Notes under the pieces: model-generated
The model's database searches: none
The model's input: only the letters and a program-made list of their open reading frames with translations
What the model was told of the DNA's origin: nothing
Made by a program: the position numbers and the translations under genes
NCBI RefSeq assembly: GCF_052425735.1
Contig: NC_135761.1
Coordinates: 33,914,001-33,978,000 of the forward strand
Reading direction: 5' to 3'
Length of the DNA: 64,000 nt
Source of the DNA: Oculina patagonica
Lineage: Eukaryota
In this document: piece after piece, positions 48,471 through 62,140 of the stretch
Position numbering within the stretch: the first letter of the stretch is position 1
Layout: each line of letters begins with the position of its first letter

Positions 48471-51325
48471 AAAAAAATAGGGCCCCAATGGGTCCATGTG
48501 TTTTGCTGCTAGAGCAAAGTCTTAGGGAACATGTTGATGAAAGACAAGTGAGTCGAGATTGATATCCAACGTCTTTTATTGTCTGTCACTTGTGTGCAGG
48601 TTAATAATTGCACTATATTGTAGTCACTTTGTGTTAATTCAATCCTGATAATTTTACTGATCAATGTTATGTTGAAATCAAAGACAGCAAACATAATTTA
48701 ATTACTAGTAAGTTAACGTAATGTCTGACATGATTGTCTCTTTGATAAAAAACAGTAACTCTTAACATTATAAAAAAATCTCAATGAACTCAATGTGATT
48801 CTTTTAGTGGCGTTATCTCACTGGTTACCGTTAGTTGTATTTGGAATCATTGTCACAATGGTATTATTGACCTTATAAGAACTCAATGTGATATATTTAT
48901 TAGTGACAAGACAGTGGTTCTTTAATCACTTTCACCCAAATTAAACACTGGAACAACTAACTCTTAACAAACTTGTTGTGTCACCCTGAGTTAAATATGC
49001 AAAATTCAGAAATTATAAATAATCGCACGCGCACCGGCGTACAACAACAGAAAGACGGCGTTGAACGTAACGCAAAGTTCATTTTGAAAGCGAAAGTTTA
49101 CAAATAATTATTATCATTCGTCAGTCATCCCTTCACGCATGAACACTCGTCGAATTTCAGTGTCTTCACAACAAGATCGGAAGATCGATAAGGACCAATT
49201 TTTGATTCTGCGAAAGTTCGTTTTCTTAAAGTTTTAGAAATTTGTGAAGTTGGAGGATTCACTGAGGACTGCGTAGCCGAAGATGCAGTGGCTCGCTGGA
49301 CATCAAATTCTATTTTTCACGGCGTTTAATTAATCTTCACAAAATAAACATGTGGCGCCAGCGCGTCTGGCAGTCAAAAACTCATTTTTCAAAAAACTTT
49401 CCCTTTCCAGCTATTTTAGCGGGGCTTATACTATAGTACCTACCTGTCAGTCGTAGAAAAGCTGAAATTTAAGGATGAACTGTTTATTAAATGAAGACCG
49501 TATTATTTTTTAATAACTAGTAAACAAACTGGTCGCCACGCATTTAAACACGAACTGACGAATGTTGCATCTGATGCAGTGAATCTGGTGAATGAGAACT
49601 TCCTTTAATATTTCTTTGTTTTCGACGGTGTGCACCACTGAATAAGTTTCTTTCCCATTGTGATGTTACTAGTATTAATTCGTTTCTAGCTGTCTTTTAT
49701 ATAGCTCGAATACAGCTACAATTAGCGGTGCAGCCTACCAGCATGGTATATTCCTTTCCAGCTGTCTTTGCGTGACAAGTTACACGTTCATACATTTTAT
49801 TTTAAAATATGAAGTTCAGAGTTAATACAGTACTAGTATGCTGTAGACAGTGTAGACAAGGTGAGGGTAAGTTTATTTTCAAAGCGAAAGTTTACAAACT
49901 GTGCACTAACCGGTCCTTTGGAGAAAATATTTATGACCTTCGGCGAGGTTCCAAGTCTTCGCTCTTTTCGTAAATGATGAAAACTGCAGAATAATTTTCT
50001 CATAAAACTGGAGTGGTCGCGCCACAGTTTGTTTTCTTTCCCAATGCGATATACTTTTAAATCGGTTTTCTGTTTTCCAACATGTCCAACGTGGTTTGCG
50101 TTCGAATACTTTGGCCCGTAACTTCGAATGCGATCAGCGCTACGGTTCATTGGTTTCGATTTTGTTTGTTCATGGATTTGATTGACATCGGTAGTTCAGA
50201 TTTCTCCTCTGTTACGGCACTTACACCTTACACCTTACGGTCCTTACGGCACAAACTTCAGCTCTCAATGTGTTTTGCTTGCAGCCATTGCGGCTGCAGC
50301 AAAACACAAAAACTGAATGGCATAAGCTTCGAGAAAAATCATTGTTCTCTTAGTCGGTCGTCCTAATTGGTTGTACTGAGAAACAATTTATTATTCTTTT
50401 ACTCTGTCACGTTAATTGGTTGTTATGGGTTATTATTCTTTTACTTGGTCGCCTTAATCGGTTGTGCTGACTAATTATTGTTTTTATACTTGGTCGTGTA
50501 AATTGGTTGTACTGAGAAATCATAACTTCTATTCACTATTCTTTAACTTGGCAACCTACACTGGTTGCAATGAGGTTACTTTTTTAAATTCTAATGGAAA
50601 CTCTTGTATCTGTACGCATAAACCTTTTAGCTATAATCCAAAACAAGACATGTGTTGTTTTAGAACAGGAATGAAATATTGGAGACCTTCGAGGACGAGG
50701 ACAAGCTTTTCAGCACGCACGTTCTGACCATGCGCACTAGCCATTAATAGAACTTGCAAACTATTGCCACTCTTCTTCTATAGTTTACAAACTTACGCAC
50801 ACAGGACCCTAGATAAGACTCCAGTATCACCCAATCTGGAGTCCTACGTAATGCAGAAGCTTGGTGCTGTTTACAATCCTTTATCTTTGCAGTGTTAAAT
50901 TCTTAGTAATTATAAGCTGTAACTATACTGTACGTGAATAAAGAATTACAACAACTTTTCTCTGTCCAGGGGCCATTATGTCTCAGAAGCGTGAAATATT
51001 CATATGGAAGAAGGAAAACAAATTAAAACTTCTGAATGAAGTTGTATATGAAGAACCTTATTAATTTTTCCTTGGATCTATTTAGGGAGGGGGGCTGGAC
51101 AAAAATTGGGGATAACCTTGTAAAAAGTGGGATGAAAGAGCAACAAAGCAATCTGTCAGAAACTGTTTCAATTATTTAATGGAGTAGAATTGTGCCAGAG
51201 AAAGTGAAGAGAAAAAAGCAATTGAAGTAGAATACAACGAAATTCATCAAGCGTTGACCGAAATTCCGAGCATTTTGTATGCAATGCATATTAAAGGCAG
51301 CAACTGGTTTTTGTTCTTTTCACAG

Positions 51326-51567
51326 AATCAAAGGTACTGCTATGTGACTTCCACAGGGAAAAGGCATGGCTAGAATGGACATTTAAAAGTGATAATGGAA
51401 CTGCAGCGGTTAATGGCACTGTTCTTAGCCTTCTGAGAAACATTGCACATGCTCGTGCTACTGAAGAAGCTGCTGCTGCTGTCCTGACTCTGAAGAATAG
51501 TACACACTGGGATGAAAATGAAAAGATGAGAAACTGGTTTGGCAAGAAATGGTTGCCCAACATAGAG
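51326..51567 (+). pseudogene. Orphan exon of a MULE-family transposase
   Basis: An AG/GT-flanked open exon encoding VLLCDFHREKAWLEW...LRNIAHA...WFGKKWLP (CxFH motif). It is absent from the ORF track. Confidence 0.75.
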
Positions 51568-51899
51568 GTACATTTTGCCATTCAGTGCCACCACATCACA
51601 ATGCTAGATCAGAATACATAATGTAGAACGTTACTCACACCACCAATGTACTTTTTTCACAAGTAACCATTATGATTTACTAACAGACATTGAACTACTG
51701 CTAATGAATGATATGCGTATTTCCATTTTCAGTGTTGGTGCCAAAAAATTTTGAAGCACAAGCAACTTATAAAGATAAAGAAAATCCAAGCAATGATGAA
51801 AAGATTGTCTAGGAAACTGGACCACAAAATTAAAGTTTTGGAAAAATAGAAAAAATGCAAAGGTTTTCGTTATTATGGATTTATTTGGTGATAAATAAA

Positions 51900-52290
51900 G
51901 TGCACTGTACTTTAGTAAACCATCAATTATTAATGTGGCTATGTATATTATTAAAAACACTAGGATCTTAAAACAAAGGGAGGCCAATTATAACTGCTCA
52001 TAGTTAGTCTACTGTCGAGGCTTCTAAATTTTTACAAAGTAAATTGAGGGAGATAGTCAGTTTTTTTAAGACATACTTAAGTGACCATGGGATGGAGTAT
52101 ACGCTATTAAGTGATAGTAAGAGTCTCCTTGACATCCTTAAACAGTATCGGCATAATTCTGATAGGATTTATACCTTTGTGACTTTCGATTTTAAAGACT
52201 TGTATACTAACATTCTTTACGAGGATGCATCTAGAACCCTGAAGGATTTAAGAAAGCTACTGTGTATAAAAGAGATTGAAGGAGTTAATA
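51900..52290 (+). pseudogene. Penelope-like reverse transcriptase fragment
   Basis: LSDSKSLL....FVTFDFKDLYTNI (Penelope-like RT motif A region). Confidence 0.6.
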
Positions 52291-55200
52291 TTAGACATAC
52301 ATATTCATACTAGGTGAAGTCACTGTTGCATTTATTCACTGGCAAAAAATAAAATCCTGCTATCGGACAGTCACTTCCATGGCAATACTGGAGCTCTATT
52401 AGCTCACTGTAAATGCAAATGCATTTCTACAGTGTTGGAGGAGTACAACTTTGAATTGTTGCCATTTTTTACTTTAGTTCAAAAGAATCATTGTTGATTT
52501 TCCAATTATTATTTGATTTCTAAAATTTGTCACATTTAAGTTCTCATATCCAATTTTGAAACTTTATCTGTTTGTTTTTGATTTTTAAAACTTGTGAGAT
52601 GTGTCCCCAGTTTTAATGATGGTATCATAGAAACAAAGCAAAAGGAAGCCAAGCAAGGAAACTATAATTAGTGATGGGCGAATGCAAAACAGGGGAAAGC
52701 ATGACTATCAACATTGAAAAACTCAGCCAAATGTTTAACAATGGACTCTTAAGTGTTACCTGTGAACACGACAGCTCTGATGACAGTTCTTACTATGATG
52801 ATCATGATGTTGATGCAGAGCAGCACCTGTCAAATTTCTTTACCAGCACCAGTTATTACTATTCTTTGCATGCAAGGAACACCACAGTAAACAATGCAAG
52901 TAATGCATATCATCCAGTAAAACAACCAAGAAACCACAGCAGAGTACAAGCACTTCTTTAACCAGCTAGTAGACCATCTCAAACCTCCCAGGACCAACTG
53001 AATGATCAAACACCTGAAGGCAAACCCTCATCTCCAGTTCTTGTTTCTGAACTAACAAATCTGAACATATCAATTCCAGTTGTAATACACCATCACTCTT
53101 CAAACTGGCAAGTCCCTTGAAGTGGAAGCTTGCTTTTACTTAAATAGCCCTAACAATTGCTAAACTATTTAACGGATTTCCTGTACTGTCTACTGATCCT
53201 TTACTGCACCTTTACACGACCCTAACATATCTCTTAGTCTCTAGCATGTTTATCGGAAATCACCACTATGATAGAGTAACCCAAGGAGTGTCACAATATT
53301 TTAGTGTTAGTCTTTTCTACACCGCCTGGACCTTTCACTCAACTCAAAATCAAAAACCGCACACATATTTATACAAGGTGAAATCCCTGTTGTATGCATT
53401 TCAACTTGCAAACAATGAACTCCTGCTAGTGGACAGTCACTTGCATGGCAAAACTGTGAATGAACGGGCCTTCTAGAATTTTTAACATGGTTTAAATGAT
53501 TCAATGGTGTTCGAGGAATACCACAAAAAAATTATATTTAATTTTTGTCTTGTTTGATTTAAAAATCATTTTTGACTTTCCAGTTAACATTTTGATTTTC
53601 AAAATTTGTCTCGTTTGATTTCTCATATGCAATTTTAATTTCAAAATTTGACAGTTTGATTACATAAGTGAATGTTTGATTTTCAATCTCAATTCCAAGG
53701 CCGCACTTTTGATTTTTTATTTGCAGTTTTTGATTTCCAAGATCACACTTTTTATTTTTCAAATGAAGCTTTTGATTTCTTTAATCAGTAGTGGTTTTTC
53801 AAATGGTATCAGACGGGCGTGTTTAAAACATGAAAGGCGAAATGATGAAATGATACTGAAGATAAAAGCCAAAGTTGTAAGATATAACCGCTTGAAAAAA
53901 TGTTGCCTGATTTATTGTGTTTGGGGACCGGGCATTAAATTTTTGAGTCAAGAGGGTGAGGCGGTGGAGGATTTTTTTTTTCTGCATTGGTTCTTGTACA
54001 GTAACTCTTTTGGTTATAAATTTCTTTACCACTCCCCCCTACTTATTTGTATATGATTTCCTTTTCCTAAATTTTTTGTGCAAGAATTTTTTTTCATACT
54101 TGCTCACAGCCCCTTATAAAAATTTAATGGTAAGTAATTAAATGGACTGTAAGTACTAGTAAATAAATCCCAACAAATTAAAGAAAACAATCGTATAAAG
54201 AGGCATACATATAGGTAATTTTTTTAGAATTTTTTTTGTAATTTTCTGTAGTAAGAGAAGCAAAGCCCATAATATTACCTTTTCCAGATCCGCAGATACG
54301 CAGGATCATTCATTCGTGAGTTACATTAAAGCATGTGAACATCGGCGGGACGTAAAACCCTGCTGTCTCGTCTTTTTGTCCCCTTCGTTTCGCAGGTTGA
54401 GCTGACAAGAGACAAAAGATGAAGCGAAAGCGATACCGTAATCCAGTAAAGGATACTGATAATGACTTAAAAAGTCCGAATGCAAGAGACTCAAGAACTC
54501 CTGCCTTGGCAAATCCATGTGTGCGAAAAAACTTAGGCGTAGTATAAATGTATAATGATTGTGAAATAAAGATCAGTCTGGATTGTAAGCGAGTTGTGCT
54601 GACTGTTGTATTTTACAGGTTTATTCCAAAAGTATTCTTTAAATCTCACAAATTTTATCCTGGATATTCTCATAAATTTGTTTTAAAAGAAAAAAAGAGT
54701 CTAGCTTATTGTGCAGCTGATATGTTAGCATTTCAACAGAACACAGGACAGAAGTGGTGCTGAAGCAAAGGGCAAGCGTAAGCAAATACATGACAAAGCC
54801 ACAGGAGAATGCACAACAGAAAAGGGAAAGACAAAGAAAGCGAAGGAGAAGCAGACAAAGAAAAAGTAGCAGAAAGGCGAAGGAGAAGGAGACAAAGAAA
54901 AAGCAGCAGAAAGATACTGGTTTGTGGTAGAAAGTAATAAACTCAAAAGCACAGAAGAAGGGAATTGTTTATTTAACTCTATTTCAATCCTCCTAATTGG
55001 AACAGAAGAGTTAGTCCCTCTGGGAAGGCTGAAAAAGTGGGTAAGATGTTATGGGACTAATAAATAATAAATAATTAACTTCTATTGTGCAATTATCAAT
55101 TTAAAACATTTCAATTGCACATTACAATATAATTAAAAAAATAAAAAAAATTACAAATTTAAAATTTAAATTCACAAGCTTAAAAAGTTTAAAATTTATA

Positions 55201-56158
55201 TAACTATAAAAAGAAATGCAACCCTAGAGTATCTTAATTCTTAATTATTATTTAAATCAATTGATATATATATATATATATAATGAGCCTGAGCCAACAG
55301 GGATGTCTTGCCGGTAGGTTTCCAAAACAAAAATTCTTAGCACCTCACAGGGAGCCCTCACATCCATTTAGAATATGAGTAAAAGATAAGATTAACCTAC
55401 CTTTATCGTGCGTGTTTTATGGCGGCCATTTTGAATTTTTAATGTGAGCGCGGTCTGCTAGTGCGAGGTCTGGAACCGATATTACGGAAATCGCTCGGGG
55501 CCTGCTCGGAGCTCTAAGGAAATGACGAGGGATGTAACTGAAATGATAGCATTCCGAATTTGCATTAGTTCAAGGGGAAATTTACTTTGTAATTTGACAA
55601 AAATTACAAAAAAAAATTAAACATATTTAAGCTTATTTTGCCCAAACATTAAGAAGGTCTGTGATATTTTGGCGTTGTTTTAAACTACTCGCTTTCACGC
55701 TATGTCTCTGCCAGTTGGAAGCCACGAAAAAAAAAATGCGAAAAGTCAATTGACAGAATCAAAGCGGAAGTGAGAGTGTCACTTGTTCTGATTGGTGAGC
55801 TTTCATTCCGGAAGTTGGATGATTTTATTCCGGAAATAGAATGCTGCCTCAAGGCCAAGGCCAGGAAAGGCCATATAATTTCCGATTTATGATGCCACAG
55901 TGGCGGAAAAAGTTCGTAAACTTTTCATTTATTTGGAAGAATTCAGGAATTTCATCACTGTATAATACGTTAAGAGATTTCTTCCACTTCACAGCATGAG
56001 GTACGTTTGAATAGTAGGAGAAAATTTTGCCAATGTCAATGAACTCTAAGGTATAAATTTTGTGCTTTGACATGCCAAGGTTCTCGTTAATTGGGGACCT
56101 TTTCGGTACTACAATTCAGATCAGCTTAAAAAATATGTTGCTGTTCGTTTGCCTCTAG

Positions 56159-56390
56159 CGGTTTGACTGACTGCCAAAAGAAAGTGTTGGATGTCGTTTT
56201 GGCTGGCCACAATACTTTTCTTGCTGGGGCTGCCGGTAGGGGGAAGTTTTTCCTCGTGGAACAAATTTGTGAGCGCTCAAAGAAAACGGTTTTCGTCACA
56301 AGCACAACTGGGCGTGCGGCGAAGGTTTTAAACAAAGCCAAAACAATCCATTCATTTGCAGGAATTGGTGACTGCCACGAACCTAAAGAG
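56159..56390 (+). pseudogene. Pif1-family helicase N-terminal exon
   Basis: LTDCQKKVLDVVLAGHNTFLAGAAGRGKF (degenerate Walker A), VTSTTGRAA (motif Ia) and TIHSFAGIG (motif Ib), flanked by AG/GT. Confidence 0.8.
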
Positions 56391-56929
56391 GTATTTTGTG
56401 TGTTTCATGTTTATCTGGCTGTTTATTTTATTGTTTATTTTATGTTTGAATATATGGGTGCACGCTACTGGTATACGAACATAACAATGCAATGCAGGAA
56501 ATTTGTATTATTGTAGAAATTTCAACAATTTTTTTATGAAATGTAATTGGTGAAAAGAGCCTGGTAAATTTCGTTATGTTATTAAAGAATGCATGATGTC
56601 TAAAAATTAAATTGTTTACAAATTATCCGGCTGAATATGGGCTCTGAAAACAGATCATTAAAACAGCTGAAGTTAAGGAGGAATCTTATCCCAATCTTTT
56701 GGCTTTCTCAATGATCAAACATTTTTATACAATGTGCACGTCATGATGGATGAAATGCTAAACCATCAAAGCTTCTTTTTTGCAATACACATCTTGTGAA
56801 GAATTTTTTAACTCAAACATTTTCCTTCAGCTTTTTGCTTTAGCGACTTTTACTGCCGAGGATGAAGAAAAAGGAGCGAGAAAACAAAGAAGAAAAGAAG
56901 AGAAGAATTAACTTAATCAAAAAATTTAA

Positions 56930-57870
56930 TAACCAGAAAATAGACATCGATAAATTGTCATGCAAAGTGGCTACTAAGATTCTTATAAACAAAAAGTTTA
57001 AAACTCCGACCTCAGAAAGAAGAATGAGGCAATTGGGTCTGGGCGACGGCACAATATGCGCTATCTACAACATTCCTTTTAAAGTAACTAAAGACACTGC
57101 TATCTTCCAAGTTCAAGTTAAAATCATTCACCATATTTTACCAACCAATTCAACCCTTTACAGAGATAAAATCAAGGATCATGATAAATGTCACCTATGC
57201 GTGCAAACACAAACCCTAAAACATCTTATTGTCTCTTGTCCGAATGTACAGATTTTCTGTAATACTTTTGTTACGTGGTGGAACATCAAAAATGATGATT
57301 CCATTGAGCTACACAAGAAAAACATTATCTATGGTTTTACAATTAACTTTCCTTTACGACTTGGTTTAAACCTCTGTTTACTCATTGCTAAATATTATAT
57401 CTACACTGCCTCAAGAGATGGACAACACTTCTACTTCGAAACCTTCCTAGCCTTTCTAAAAGATAAACTATCAATCGAAAAAAGTAATTCAAAATCTCAA
57501 ATTCAAATCTAAAATTTTTATTCAGCTGAAATTCTGTAAGGCACTTTATATTCTTTTCTTTTTTTCTCGCTTTCTTTTTACTGCAATCAGTCTTTGAAGT
57601 CGCCTTGAACTCATTTATTTACTTTTTTCCCCTTTTTGCCACTTTTCGTCTTAAATGTATGTATAGCTTCTTTATCTGTGAATAGCGTTTTAGCAGTAAA
57701 AGAATCAAACTAAGCAAGCATTATATGTAAGCATTGTTAACGAGTATCGTAACTATTATTTTATTAAGTATCTGTATTGTATTTTAAGTTCAGTTCTGTA
57801 AGTAACAACATTGTATGTAGCCGTCTTTTTCTTTTCCTTTTTTTGTTTGAAATTAACCATTAAAATTTTT
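56930..57870 (+). mobile_element. L1/Tx1 LINE 3' fragment
   Basis: FQVKIIHHILPTN..LY.......CHLC...TLKHLIVSC..V..F...WWN and LLIAKYYIY, homologous to 8340-8700. Stop at 57512, followed by a T-rich 3' UTR. Confidence 0.85.
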
Positions 57871-59929
57871 AAAAAACTAAGAAAAGAAAAACAAGAAAGC
57901 AAGAAAAAATTGGATGAAAGGAAACGAAAAAACGTTAACAATAAGGCGTTATTGGCAAGACAACAGATAAGAGCTAAACATATGGCGGCCAAGCTGACCC
58001 ACATGTCAGCTGAGTTGCGGGACCTGACCAGAGATATGGAGACGATTTTTAAAAGTTTGTAAATATTTGAGAGAAAATAATTTTGAAAGACAAGAATAAA
58101 TTGAATTTTTTTTTTAATTATTATCAAAACATTTATTTTATTCAATTATACATTTATATTTTAGACTGTATACATATAGATGTCTACAGAGGATCCATCC
58201 AAGAAACATTCTTCGGTACAATCCACCTTACAGCAAGAATGTCAAAACAAACAGGATAGTGCTTCCTTTCTCTCATTGATCAACACTTTTCGAAATCAAA
58301 TCCACTTGACAAAATGTTCAACTGGAACACACTTAAACTGAGTCATAAGTCATAAGTCAGACTCTGTGGTATAATATATCAGATAAATTTCCTGATTTCC
58401 AAGGTACAGTGTAAGTATAGTCCATAAGGCCCATTGAATAGTCTCTCTCTTTATTTGCAGCATAAATCAAATCTCTGACTATCGGATTCCCACACGACAA
58501 TCATGTAAAACAGTGTCATGCTTTTTTTTATTTATTTTTTTTTAGCTTAACTGATGATTCTTTTTACCGTGTGAATAAATAAATAAATAAATAAAGATTA
58601 ATTAAGTGTTCCGGCTTATAAGGCAGTCACAGAGCTTTAATTCCGTTTTTGCTAGCCATCTGAAAAGTAAAATAAACAATCATGTTTTTTTCTTTTTTTT
58701 ACTGCTTACTTTTCTGTGGTTTTGTTGACAGCCAAATACCTTGTCAAAATGTGATGTGACTTTTACAATCGACAATTCAGGGACAAAGTGAAAGTAATAC
58801 TTGACAGTAATACCCTTACAGCCCTAACAATTGCATAACTGTTTTACACATTTCCTGTAGTCTATTGATCTTACACTTTGCTGGAAATGAAGGTGTTAAG
58901 AAATAAAGATGCTTTAAAAATAGGTACAATGAAGGTGCATGAAACTAATCCAAATTTAAATGACATGCATCGTTTATTTTTTATACATAAAGGTACTTTT
59001 ATAAAAATGATTGTTCACTCTGTGTGAACGAATCAGAATGTTAAGCTTTTTAAAAATAATTATGTAAATTACCTTAAGGAATCATGCGTAGGTCTCGACC
59101 ATTTCTCTATTTCTCTAGTTAAAAACTCATTTCAATTGTATAATATAATGAGGGCCACTAGTTTCTCAGTTTTTAACTGTTAAGTGTTTTTACCCTCGTT
59201 AAATAAAATTATTATTATTATTATTGTGTCCCTTTAACTTTAAGGTTTCATACCAAAATGATAATTTCCAGTCCAGCTTGACCAGGCTGTCACGGTGGCA
59301 AGGGAATATGCAGGGCAGAATGTTTTCAATGGGGCATCAACAAGTGTAATGGTTCAAAACCAATTGAAAGGCACGATCACAACATAAAACCAGGCAAGTT
59401 TGCAGGCTTCCTAGAAGAAAACAGCACATGGAAGAAAGAGCCCAATAGTTTTGGTTGGACAGGTCCATGCACTACATCCAGATGGGAAGGTTTCACTCCT
59501 CTGGTACAAATTCCGCAGGAACTTGTTGGGTGGAGGCTGTGAGTTGTCTAGTAACAGTCACAAGGACACCCTGTAAAGGAGAAAACTGTTTTAACAGTTT
59601 AAAACAAAGCTTAAGACAAATTCACAAAACCATCCGTGGTCAGGACTTATAAACCAGGTTAAACTTAATTGCAGACACTCACTACTACGAACAAATTCCA
59701 GATACTGGCTAAACGGAGGGACACTAAAAATTCCCCCAATAATAGAGTTAATATTAATAGTTGTAATAGAGGCAGCGGCAAAGGTTGAACAGACAACAAA
59801 CCGAGGTGAAAAATCGAAGAAGGTCAAGGTTACTTGCCGAATCTTAGTTTAACGATAGTTTTCCAAGCCATTCCTTAAGACAAACTGCACGCAGATCGAA
59901 GAAAGAGCGAGAAAACAAAATATCGTTAT

Positions 59930-60810
59930 CGGAGAAACTATTCGCTCCATCTATGATATTATGGATTGGAATGTTAAAGAAAACATCCCTGGTTTAATGA
60001 TTTTCATTGATTTATAATAGTATTGAATGGGATTTCCTTTTTAAATGTCTTGAAGCTTTTAATTTTGGTTCTGACTTTCTCCGCTGGGTAAAACTTATTT
60101 TCTGGAGTGAGTTTCAAGGTTACTGGCACCAAATCTCAAATCAGCAGGTTCATCTTTCCCTCCAAGATGTTTTATTTGGAATATTATCCAAACCATGCCC
60201 TTTACTCAACTTACTGAACTATTTTATAATCATTGGAAAACTACTTATAAGGGACTGCAGAAAATGCCAAATTCAACCCACAATTCAAGGATTTCGTACT
60301 AAAATTGCCATTAAATATAAAACGGAAAGTAAGATCAAAAAGAAAGATTATTTAAAAAAAAAAGTGGGTACTAATCCCAAATTAATTTATGTAATTTCCT
60401 TTTTTGTTAGTCACGTAGATGGCATCATTATTATTTGAACTATTTGAACAGCATGACAACTGTAACTTTTTTTTTTCTTTTCTTTCTTCTTTTTTAGATA
60501 TTCTCCTATCTGTTGTATCTCTTCATACTCAAGCTCTGTAGTATTGTTGGTATTAATTTTTGTGAGCAATGTAATTGCGTTTGTATCTTTCATGTTAATA
60601 ATCTATAAGTAAATAATTTCGGTACTGTTAGTTAATATAAAAGTGTGTTCGTCATCATCGTATTTTGTAGAGTTGTTATCGTAAGCTAACTATATATTTA
60701 TCTATGATTGAAAGTTATTTGTAGGTAATTTATTCTTCTGTAAGTAACTTTAATGTAAGCAGCGTATATCATTGTAACTTTTTTTTTGTTAGTAATTATT
60801 CTAGTCTTGT
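59930..60810 (+). mobile_element. Internally deleted L1/Tx1 LINE
   Basis: An RT segment (GLMIFID...IEWDFLFKCLEAFNFGSDFLRWVKL) is joined directly to a C-terminal segment (FWSEFQ...LLNYFIIIGK), followed by a 3' UTR. Confidence 0.75.
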
Positions 60811-60834
60811 AGTATTGTTAGTACGTTTAACAGT

Positions 60835-61420
60835 TATAATGGACAATGTTGACGCGCTTCATGTGGATCTTTTGAAATGTCTTATCATTAAGACAACATC
60901 GTCCGGTCTTGTGAAGTTGTTGGTCACCCAAAAAATGGGAATGATACTGTCTCCGAAGGTTTTTGACATCTTTAGTAAATTCATGAAAACAGACAAAGAT
61001 AATGCAACTGGTGATGTCTAACTTCTGTGTAAACTTCCTTTCTGATGAGTGGTGCAAGTATCATTACACTGTACTCAACGAAAGAAACAAGAGTGATCCT
61101 CCAGGACATGCCATTCTGTGTACTTGGATCCACACAGCTTTAGAATGCAGCGATATTGATATTGAAAATGGATCAGGGCCATGGGTTGGTTGGTAGATTC
61201 CTTATTGCAACTCCTCTAGCATACAGGCCATCGTTGTCAGAAATGGAGCATGCAACGCAGCCGATAACTGTGGAAGTTGTAGACAATTTCAAGGAACTAT
61301 TTCAAAATATCAACAGCAATGTGGATGGTAGAGTGTTAACCTTTGAATAGGAGGTGCAAAGACGTCTACGAGAGATTGTACATCAGTTCACCGTTGACGT
61401 TAATGAGGCCATCATTTTTA
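60835..61420 (+). pseudogene. DUF3987/YfjI-like P-loop protein fragment (tentative)
   Basis: TTSSGLVKLL...LSP.VFDI...D.DNATGDV.LLC and MDQGHGLVGRFLIATP across frameshifts; family recognised from memory only. Confidence 0.4.
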
Positions 61421-61574
61421 AATGATCAAATTTCACTTCGCGAAGTGTAAATTAACTATTTATAAAGAATGGAATGTCACCAGGTGCCTGAATTCATTAT
61501 TTATAAAAAATGGTTACAAGCAAAACTGTTTTTAGGGGATTTTAAAAATAACATATCAACAAAACTCGCACCTG

Positions 61575-62140
61575 CTCAGAAATTTTGTAGACTTTGTTGA
61601 CATCATTGTCCCCAAAGAGGGCAAGAAAACCATCTCTGATGCTGGGAACATTAAACTTATAGTTTCACATGGCCCTAAAAAGCCTAAATTAGAGCAAGTG
61701 ACTCTACAACAATGGGTAGTAAGCAACACCAGAATATTTTATAATTCATTAGCTCGTCATAAGTTGCAATTGTATGACAAAATCCAACATTACCTTGCGT
61801 ACACCATTAAGATTATGGAATAAGCCAATCGCTTTTAGTGGGTTTCTGATGAATTTCATCTTCTACAAACCACTTATCTGTGGAGTTTTGACTCCAATCA
61901 TTTGCATACTGTGTTATTTATGCTTGCAATCACCGCATAGCTGGGGGCAAGGCCGGTGGCAAAGTTTTTTTCCACAGTTCCTCGATTCAGAAGCAAACAA
62001 GGTCCCAAAAGCTATGACTACCCCTTTCAAATCCCCCCCTTTACCAAACATTGTGGGTAAGATAACTTGTGGCAGAGAAGGATGAAACTTTTCTAGCGGA
62101 TGGCTTTCATTTATCACCCATTAGTGCTTCGATCACAGTA
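61575..62140 (+). pseudogene. DIRS/Ngaro-like gag ORF fragment
   Basis: DFVDIIVP...KKPKLEQVTLQQWVVSNTRIF...YLAYTIKIME. Confidence 0.55.
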
